A stretch of 14,026 nt of DNA from Naegleria gruberi (taxonomy: Eukaryota). The notes beneath the pieces are model-generated. The model made no database searches, had not been told where the DNA came from, and saw nothing but the letters and a program-made list of their open reading frames with translations. The stretch lies in the NCBI GenBank assembly GCA_000004985.1, contig GG738984.1. One strand, given 5' to 3'. Position 1 is the first letter of the stretch, and each line of letters begins with the position of its first letter. A program made the translations under genes and the position numbers. Positions 7,674 through 14,026 of this stretch are shown in pieces.

Positions 7674-9481
7674 NNNNNNNNNNNNNNNNNNNNNNNNNNN
7701 NNNNNNNNNNNNNNNNNNNNNNNNNNNNNNNNNNNNNNNNNNNNNNNNNNNNNNNNNNNNNNNNNNNNNNNNNNNNNNNNNNNNNNNNNNNNNNNNNNNN
7801 NNNNNNNNNNNNNNNNNNNNNNNNNNNNNNNNNNNNNNNNNNNNNNNNNNNNNNNNNNNNNNNNNNNNNNNNNNNNNNNNNNNNNNNNNNNNNNNNNNNN
7901 NNNNNNNNNNNNNNNNNNNNNNNNNNNNNNNNNNNNNNNNNNNNNNNNNNNNNNNNNNNNNNNNNNNNNNNNNNNNNNNNNNNNNNNNNNNNNNNNNNNN
8001 NNNNNNNNNNNNNNNNNNNNNNNNNNNNNNNNNNNNNNNNNNNNNNNNNNNNNNNNNNNNNNNNNNNNNNNNNNNNNNNNNNNNNNNNNNNNNNNNNNNN
8101 NNNNNNNNNNNNNNNNNNNNNNNNNNNNNNNNNNNNNNNNNNNNNNNNNNNNNNNNNNNNNNNNNNNNNNNNNNNNNNNNNNNNNNNNNNNNNNNNNNNN
8201 NNNNNNNNNNNNNNNNNNNNNNNNNNNNNNNNNNNNNNNNNNNNNNNNNNNNNNNNNNNNNNNNNNNNNNNNNNNNNNNNNNNNNNNNNNNNNNNNNNNN
8301 NNNNNNNNNNNNNNNNNNNNNNNNNNNNNNNNNNNNNNNNNNNNNNNNNNNNNNNNNNNNNNNNNNNNNNNNNNNNNNNNNNNNNNNNNNNNNNNNNNNN
8401 NNNNNNNNNNNNNNNNNNNNNNNNNNNNNNNNNNNNNNNNNNNNNNNNNNNNNNNNNNNNNNNNNNNNNNNNNNNNNNNNNNNNNNNNNNNNNNNNNNNN
8501 NNNNNNNNNNNNNNNNNNNNNNNNNNNNNNNNNNNNNNNNNNNNNNNNNNNNNNNNNNNNNNNNNNNNNNNNNNNNNNNNNNNNNNNNNNNNNNNNNNNN
8601 NNNNNNNNNNNNNNNNNNNNNNNNNNNNNNNNNNNNNNNNNNNNNNNNNNNNNNNNNNNNNNNNNNNNNNNNNNNNNNNNNNNNNNNNNNNNNNNNNNNN
8701 NNNNNNNNNNNNNNNNNNNNNNNNNNNNNNNNNNNNNNNNNNNNNNNNNNNNNNNNNNNNNNNNNNNNNNNNNNNNNNNNNNNNNNNNNNNNNNNNNNNN
8801 NNNNNNNNNNNNNNNNNNNNNNNNNNNNNNNNNNNNNNNNNNNNNNNNNNNNNNNNNNNNNNNNNNNNNNNNNNNNNNNNNNNNNNNNNNNNNNNNNNNN
8901 NNNNNNNNNNNNNNNNNNNNNNNNNNNNNNNNNNNNNNNNNNNNNNNNNNNNNNNNNNNNNNNNNNNNNNNNNNNNNNNNNNNNNNNNNNNNNNNNNNNN
9001 NNNNNNNNNNNNNNNNNNNNNNNNNNNNNNNNNNNNNNNNNNNNNNNNNNNNNNNNNNNNNNNNNNNNNNNNNNNNNNNNNNNNNNNNNNNNNNNNNNNN
9101 NNNNNNNNNNNNNNNNNNNNNNNNNNNNNNNNNNNNNNNNNNNNNNNNNNNNNNNNNNNNNNNNNNNNNNNNNNNNNNNNNNNNNNNNNNNNNNNNNNNN
9201 NNNNNNNNNNNNNNNNNNNNNNNNNNNNNNNNNNNNNNNNNNNNNNNNNNNNNNNNNNNNNNNNNNNNNNNNNNNNNNNNNNNNNNNNNNNNNNNNNNNN
9301 NNNNNNNNNNNNNNNNNNNNNNNNNNNNNNNNNNNNNNNNNNNNNNNNNNNNNNNNNNNNNNNNNNNNNNNNNNNNNNNNNNNNNNNNNNNNNNNNNNNN
9401 NNNNNNNNNNNNNNNNNNNNNNNNNNNNNNNNNNNNNNNNNNNNNNNNNNNNNNNNNNNNNNNNNNNNNNNNNNNNNNNNN
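7674..9481. other. Assembly gap (1808 N)
   Basis: A run of N. Track ORFs 7605-9494, 7613-9556 and 7667-9562 are artefacts. Confidence 1.
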
Positions 9482-9590
9482 TTGTATGATGCAAAAGTTT
9501 ACATCAAGAAATTGTTGAAAATCTACCTTCTTTTTTGTCTGATCCCTTTCTGGTAGTGTCATTAATTAATATGCTTGGTTGTTCAATCAG

Positions 9591-10553
9591 TCCCAGGCAG
9601 TATTGGATGTTTTTGGTGGGTACAATGGACAAGATGTGGCCGTGTTAAATGTTACATTGTCAGCTCTTTACAAGGATGGTTTAATTCATAATGCTCTCAA
9701 TCTATTCTATGAAAATACGAAAAATTACAAGTTTGATGAAAAAACATTTACAATTATTTTAACAATGTGCAAAGACATGCAAAACGACGATAGTGTAAAG
9801 GGTCAACAATATTTTGAAATGATGAAACAATATGAAGTTGAACCAAATATCTTCCATTATACATGTCTTATCAAGTGTTTTCTCTCAGAAAAGCAATTTG
9901 AAAGGGCTCTGGATATTCTCTTTGATATTCATTTGACAGGAATTCTAATTGATGATGCTTGCTTTAACTCTTCCGGGGGGTCTCTTTAAATCATGATCAT
10001 TATGAAAATTACAATGGAATTGCATCAAATAATCATCACGATGAAGGAAACTTTTCATTCTTCTTTTATTGATTTCTGTGCCCAGTACAGTATGAGAGAA
10101 TTGGCTGGTAGAGTTCACATATAATGAAAGATTTTGGACATAAACCAAATATACAACTCTTCAATATGCTAAATATGTACTTGAATGTTGGAAATTTTGA
10201 AAAAGCTCTAGAACTGTATAAAGAATTAAGAAATCAAGCCAATATTATCACTTGCAACATTCTCATATCTGGATTAACTTTGAATGGGCAGGGTAAAGAA
10301 GCTATTAGGATATTCAAAGAAATGAATATAGCCCCTAATGGCACCACATTTGCTGCAGTGTTGAATGCATGTAGTCATTGTGGATTAATTAAGGAAGGAT
10401 TTCAAATCTATGAAAGTATGCAAACAAATCATGGTATTGAACCAGATGGTCGGACTTTTAATGTTTGACAACCAACCTACATTAAAAGTTATTGTAACCT
10501 TACAAAAAAACTATTATTGGAGAGATGGTGAACTTTGCTATTGTGGTAATTTC
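9591..10553 (+). pseudogene. PLS-class pentatricopeptide repeat (PPR) gene ending in a DYW-like C-terminal block. The reading frame is broken three times, so it is a candidate pseudogene unless the breaks are sequence errors. Its 5' end lies in gap 2.
   Basis: Segment A, 9591-9986 (frame 0), carries P/L-type repeats and ends at a TAA (9987-9989) where the S-motif needs a hydrophobic residue. Segment B, 10014-10121 (same frame), reads MELHQIIITMKETFHSSFIDFCAQYSMRELAGRVHI and ends at TAA 10122-10124. Segment C, 10124-10465 (frame +2), matches the plant S2/E1 consensus almost exactly: ..NIITCNILISGLTLNGQGKEAIRIFKEMNIAPNGTTFAAVLNACSHCGLIKEGFQIYESMQTNHGIEPDGRTF. After another frame change, 10470-10553 reads TLKVIVTLQKNYYWRDGELCYCGNF. 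This aligns with the DYW-domain terminus [25 protein letters not shown]. There is no in-frame ATG. A possible acceptor is caatcag|TCC at 9588-9591. Confidence 0.5.
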
Positions 10554-10643
10554 CCGCACTTTCTATTTTCATTTTTCAACAACAAAAAAAACAAATCAAA
10601 CAATTATTTAAATAATAATCTAAAACAATTGATAAGAAAGAAA

Positions 10644-11016
10644 ATGTGTACTAATAATAATAATAATAATACTCTCACTGGTAAATTAATCATGAGAAAG
10701 AACAAGGAAGAAAGTATTGAAAAGGTTTTCCAATTAATTAATTTCGGAGGCTTGAATGAATCTGTTAGAGAATTTGTTCAAGATTTGTCATCTGCTACTT
10801 CTTCTGATGAAGTGTTATTATCCACTTTCAAGATCAAGGCTATTGTTCCATCTTCTGAGAAGAGAAAAACAATTTATATAATTAATAATGAAAATGATTT
10901 TTCTGAAATGATGAAATTAATTCAAGAAATTCCACAAGATAAACCAATTCTTTTCAGAGTAATGAAGAAGAAATTGAATCATGAAAAGAAGGAAAGAAAG
11001 GAAAAGAAAGAAAGAA
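10644..11016 (+). CDS. Hypothetical protein, N-terminal part, running into gap 3: (MCTNNNNNNTLTGKLI)MRKNKEESIEKVFQLINFGGLNESVREFVQDLSSATSSDEVLLSTFKIKAIVPSSEKRKTIYIINNENDFSEMMKLIQEIPQDKPILFRVMKKKLNHEKKERKEKKER..
   Basis: The frame is open for more than 200 codons (10410-11016) in AT-rich DNA. In-frame ATGs sit at 10644 (aaaATG context) and 10692. Coding triplet texture is present and there is no stop before the gap. The frame is also open upstream into the PPR DYW-like block, so this could be a C-terminal extension of the PPR gene rather than a separate gene. No family was recognised. Confidence 0.4.
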
Positions 11017-12059
11017 NNNNNNNNNNNNNNNNNNNNNNNNNNNNNNNNNNNNNNNNNNNNNNNNNNNNNNNNNNNNNNNNNNNNNNNNNNNNNNNNNNNN
11101 NNNNNNNNNNNNNNNNNNNNNNNNNNNNNNNNNNNNNNNNNNNNNNNNNNNNNNNNNNNNNNNNNNNNNNNNNNNNNNNNNNNNNNNNNNNNNNNNNNNN
11201 NNNNNNNNNNNNNNNNNNNNNNNNNNNNNNNNNNNNNNNNNNNNNNNNNNNNNNNNNNNNNNNNNNNNNNNNNNNNNNNNNNNNNNNNNNNNNNNNNNNN
11301 NNNNNNNNNNNNNNNNNNNNNNNNNNNNNNNNNNNNNNNNNNNNNNNNNNNNNNNNNNNNNNNNNNNNNNNNNNNNNNNNNNNNNNNNNNNNNNNNNNNN
11401 NNNNNNNNNNNNNNNNNNNNNNNNNNNNNNNNNNNNNNNNNNNNNNNNNNNNNNNNNNNNNNNNNNNNNNNNNNNNNNNNNNNNNNNNNNNNNNNNNNNN
11501 NNNNNNNNNNNNNNNNNNNNNNNNNNNNNNNNNNNNNNNNNNNNNNNNNNNNNNNNNNNNNNNNNNNNNNNNNNNNNNNNNNNNNNNNNNNNNNNNNNNN
11601 NNNNNNNNNNNNNNNNNNNNNNNNNNNNNNNNNNNNNNNNNNNNNNNNNNNNNNNNNNNNNNNNNNNNNNNNNNNNNNNNNNNNNNNNNNNNNNNNNNNN
11701 NNNNNNNNNNNNNNNNNNNNNNNNNNNNNNNNNNNNNNNNNNNNNNNNNNNNNNNNNNNNNNNNNNNNNNNNNNNNNNNNNNNNNNNNNNNNNNNNNNNN
11801 NNNNNNNNNNNNNNNNNNNNNNNNNNNNNNNNNNNNNNNNNNNNNNNNNNNNNNNNNNNNNNNNNNNNNNNNNNNNNNNNNNNNNNNNNNNNNNNNNNNN
11901 NNNNNNNNNNNNNNNNNNNNNNNNNNNNNNNNNNNNNNNNNNNNNNNNNNNNNNNNNNNNNNNNNNNNNNNNNNNNNNNNNNNNNNNNNNNNNNNNNNNN
12001 NNNNNNNNNNNNNNNNNNNNNNNNNNNNNNNNNNNNNNNNNNNNNNNNNNNNNNNNNNN
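11017..12059. other. Assembly gap (1043 N), immediately preceded by a GAA/GAAA purine microsatellite (10975-11016)
   Basis: A run of N. Track ORFs 10410-12125, 10917-12113 and 10981-12096 are joined across the N run and are artefacts. Confidence 1.
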
Positions 12060-12096
12060 TGTAGCAGGTTTTCTATTTATTGTGGGACTATTGTAA
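12060..12096 (+). CDS. C-terminal fragment (..VAGFLFIVGLL, then stop) of a plus-strand gene emerging from gap 3. The hydrophobic tail suggests a C-terminal membrane anchor.
   Basis: Only 11 codons are visible before the TAA at 12094-12096, all hydrophobic and consistent with the end of a transmembrane segment. Linkage to the ORF before the gap is unproven. Very short. Confidence 0.25.
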
Positions 12097-12192
12097 ATAT
12101 GACAATGGACCAAAGGTTAGTTTAAAGAAAGAAAACAAAGGTAAAGAAAAAGGAGTGAATACATTTATATTTCACACTTTAAGTAATCGAAT

Positions 12193-12312
12193 GGCTACGG
12201 CCATATCACGATGAATGCACCTCATCCCGTCCGATTTGAGAAGTTAAGCATCGTAGAGCCACATCAGTACTGAGGTTGGAGACAACTTGGGAACCTGTGG
12301 TGCTGTAGTCTT
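12193..12312 (+). rRNA. 5S ribosomal RNA gene
   Basis: GGCUACGGCCAUAUCACGAUGAAUGCACCUCAUCCCGUCCGAUUUGAGAAGUUAAGCAUCGUAGAGCC...GUACUGAGGUUGGAGACAACUUGGGAACCUGUGGUGCUGUAGUC matches universal 5S blocks (GGCCAUA.., CCCGUCCGAU, GAAGUUAAGC, GUACU, GGGAA, GGUGCUGUA). The 5' GGCUACGGC pairs with the 3' GCUGUAGUC to form a 9-bp helix I with two G-U pairs. Length is about 120 nt. An oligo-T follows immediately. Confidence 0.9.
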
Positions 12313-12316
12313 TTTT
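12311..12316 (+). terminator. Pol III oligo-T terminator (TTTTTT) for the 5S gene
   Basis: A T6 run lies directly after the helix I 3' strand. Confidence 0.6.
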
Positions 12317-12630
12317 GTTAACAACAGAATTAAATGTATTAAATGTAAGTTATCATATTCCTTCCGTTGGTGTTAAGTCTTGTCTTTTCACTCCTTAATT
12401 GCATATTTATTTTGTAATGCGATCACAATGATGATGCAAGCAACAACGTCACCAAAAACAATCTCCGAGAAATCAACAAGCCAGAAATTTCATCACTAAA
12501 ATTTTAGCTAGAAAAAATTACTTGTCACCAAAACAAAAGAAAAATCAAGCAAACTTGTTCACTCCAAGAAGAAGATCAAAGGCTAGCGATTTTGAAAGTG
12601 TAAATAAAGAGAACCAATAATAACAATAAC

Positions 12631-13561
12631 ATGAGAAAAAGAGAAGCATTGATGGACGAGTTTTCCGATCCATCACCAAAGAAATTATTGGATGATGATG
12701 ACGAGGAAACTTCTGATTTTATTGAACATAAGAAATCGACCAAGAAGAAGAGTAGTAGCAAGACAAAGAATCAACATAATAGAACATTCTCATCATCGAG
12801 TACGGGGAGTACAGGGAGTGGTGGTGGCGGAAATGTAACTTTTGGATATGGAAAAAAGCAACAACACACAAGAACACAATCATCAACATCGAGTACAGGT
12901 TCTCCTGTTGGAGGAGGTTATCAATCATCGGGTATATATGATGGTGATTCCTCTCCTGTTGTTACATCAGATAATTATGATAATAATCGATTGAATTACT
13001 CTGCATCGAATAGTAATATTGATAAATACAAGGGAATAAGTTCAAGAGATATGGGAAAGGTTAATAGTATGCCATCAATTTCGGAATCATATGAAAATTC
13101 ATCATCATCATCATACTCTAATGATCCACGTATTGGTACCATGAAGAATAATTATTATGAACAGGCAAGAAAGAGACAAAACGAAGAGAGTGGTCCATAC
13201 ATTTTGCAAGTTATTGCCGATATGTTAAAGTATATTTATTCATCAATTACAGAAACTGCCAATATTGGAGGATCTAGATTGACAAGTGCCGTCTCGGGAA
13301 TGAATTTCAGACAGAATCAATCCAATGCAAATCCAAGAGCAGGAGGTGATTTCCCATCTCCAGAGATTTATTTAGAACCTGAAAAGAAGCAAATTTTGGA
13401 ACAATTCAAAAAGTATTGCTCTAAAAAGTTCGACATTGAGAATGACAAACATCAAAAACTGTTATTCTCACTCTACAAGTGTTGTACTCAGAAGAAGACT
13501 ATTTTAACTGAGGGAGAACATTGGAAATTCTTGGGATTCCAAAACACAAAACCAGAAACTG
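12631..13561 (+). CDS. ELMO-domain protein, exon 1. The N-terminal about 230 aa are S/G/N/T-rich low complexity; the start of the ELMO domain follows (..EHWKFLGFQNTKPET).
   Basis: ATG at 12631 is the first in-frame ATG after a TAA at 12601-12603, in an aacATG context. The frame is open to 13561 and the exon ends in a GTAAGT donor. The apparent stop of track ORF 12631-13569 (TAA at 13567-13569) is part of that donor. Confidence 0.85.
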
Positions 13562-13653
13562 GTAAGTAATCACTATTGTTTTATTAATAATGTTTCATAA
13601 CTTTACTTGTTCAATTTCATCAATAATTGGATCGGAATAATTATTAATAACAG
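13562..13653 (+). other. Intron (92 nt, GTAAGT..AACAG, phase 1) splitting the ELMO-domain T-D-F-R-G motif
   Basis: Exon 1 ends ..ACT G. After the acceptor CAG (13651-13653), exon 2 starts AC TTT AGA GGA GCA GGT. The spliced read is ..KPETDFRGAGILGLRNLLYF, matching the ELMO consensus W..LGFQ...P.TDFRG.G.LGL..L.YF. Confidence 0.85.
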
Positions 13654-14026
13654 ACTTTAGAGGAGCAGGTATTCTTGGGTTGAGAAATTTACTCTACTTC
13701 TCCAAACATTACAAGAAGAGATTCAAGAATTACTTTGGAAAATGTACAAATGAGATTTCTGTCACTGATGATGGTACTTTCACAAGTTATCCATTTGTTA
13801 TTGCTGGGTTGAATGTGACAATGTTGCTCTTGTCCTTCCTAGGTATTGGATTCCAAGCATCTAAGGTACATAATGTGACGGCCAAGAAGAATTTCATTGA
13901 ACTTTTAACATCCGAAAGAGGAAAACCAGTTCTTGAAGAGGATGAAGACGAAGAGGAGGATGAAGATTCTACACCTGTAGTTACAGAAGGAACACTGCTT
14001 TCCTTTGATGACATTCCAGAACAAAA
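13654..14026 (+). CDS. ELMO-domain protein, exon 2 (partial, continues past the window end): DFRGAGILGLRNLLYFSKHYKKRFKNYFGKCTNEISVTDDGTFTSYPFVIAGLNVTMLLLSFLGIGFQASKVHNVTAKKNFIELLTSERGKPVLEEDEDEEEDEDSTPVVTEGTLLSFDDIPEQ
   Basis: No stop codon from 13654 to 14026 in the spliced frame. Carries ELMO-domain hallmarks. The antisense track ORF 13787-14014 is rejected. Confidence 0.85.

Noticed and set aside
7605-9562. Track ORFs 7605-9494 (-), 7613-9556 (+) and 7667-9562 (-)
   Set aside because: Artefacts of gap 2 (7674-9481). The flanking real sequence was examined by hand instead.
9482-9590. Linking the post-gap stretch LYDAKVYIKKLLKIYLLFCLIPFW to the PPR exon through a small intron
   Set aside because: The only phase-compatible donor (GTTTAC at 9497) is non-canonical. 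The other GT sites are out of phase or would leave an intron of under 45 nt. The upstream exon structure cannot be resolved from this sequence.
9945-10148. 67-aa minus-strand ORF
   Set aside because: It is antisense to the PPR S-motif region, whose plus strand carries a clear family signature.
10409-10487. A 79-nt intron (GTATGC..AAAAG) joining the PPR frame directly to the DYW-like block
   Set aside because: It would delete the highly conserved SMQTNHGIEPDG part of the E motif, and the acceptor is weak. A deletion or frameshift explains the junction more simply.
10410-12125. Track ORFs 10410-12125 (+), 10917-12113 (-) and 10981-12096 (+) as single long proteins
   Set aside because: They are joined across gap 3. 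The frame relationship across an N run of estimated length is meaningless. The N-terminal M of 10410 (MKVCKQIMVLNQ..) overlaps the PPR E-motif in another frame.
12576-12928. Two minus-strand ORFs (61 and 69 aa) overlapping the ELMO gene start
   Set aside because: They are antisense to the low-complexity region of ELMO exon 1 and arise from complements of the AGC/AGT/GAT repeats.
13787-14014. 75-aa minus-strand ORF with a poly-Ser run
   Set aside because: It is antisense to the acidic tail (GAA/GAG/GAT codons) of ELMO exon 2.
1-14026. Prokaryotic-style features (operons, CRISPR, RBS, rho-independent terminators)
   Set aside because: The sequence is eukaryotic, with spliceosomal GT-AG introns, a 5S rRNA with a Pol III oligo-T terminator, and eukaryote-only domain families (ELMO, adaptin, PPR). 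No direct-repeat/spacer array is present.

Overview
This is an AT-rich eukaryotic nuclear scaffold fragment, not a prokaryotic locus. It has short, very AT-rich GT..AG introns (86-107 nt), A-rich start contexts, and poly-N/S/Q low-complexity coding. It also carries a 5S rRNA whose 3' half (GGUUGGAGACAAC..GGGAAC..GGUGCUGUA) resembles the unusual dictyostelid 5S. On that basis I infer an amoebozoan or social-amoeba-like protist, but a heterolobosean such as Naegleria cannot be excluded. Three N-gaps cover about 52% of the window (1976-6426, 7674-9481 and 11017-12059). Every long ORF in the supplied track that crosses them is an artefact. The track also uses alternative start codons, so many of its leading 'M' residues are not real. 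Features supported by the sequence: (1) the 3' end of a strongly codon-biased plus-strand gene whose tail resembles a beta-adaptin appendage domain (1-495). (2) A convergent minus-strand gene for a PAS-domain class III nucleotidyl cyclase. Its last two exons are 1113-1975 and 637-1005, split by a GTATGT..AG intron inside the catalytic domain. It carries adenylyl-cyclase-type specificity residues (Lys, Asp), and its 5' part runs into the 4.45 kb gap. A candidate start lies at 6523. (3) A plus-strand PLS-class pentatricopeptide-repeat gene (9591-10553) with plant-like L/S/E motifs and a recognisable DYW-domain C-terminal block. It is interrupted by one in-frame stop and two frame changes, so it is either a decaying gene or the sequence has errors. 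(4) An open frame of unknown function running into gap 3, and a short hydrophobic C-terminal fragment after that gap. (5) A canonical 5S rRNA gene (about 12193-12312) with an oligo-T Pol III terminator, sitting between protein-coding genes. (6) A two-exon ELMO-domain protein gene (12631-13561 and 13654 to beyond 14026) whose intron splits the conserved TDFRG motif. No CRISPR array, tRNA gene or clear transposon was seen.
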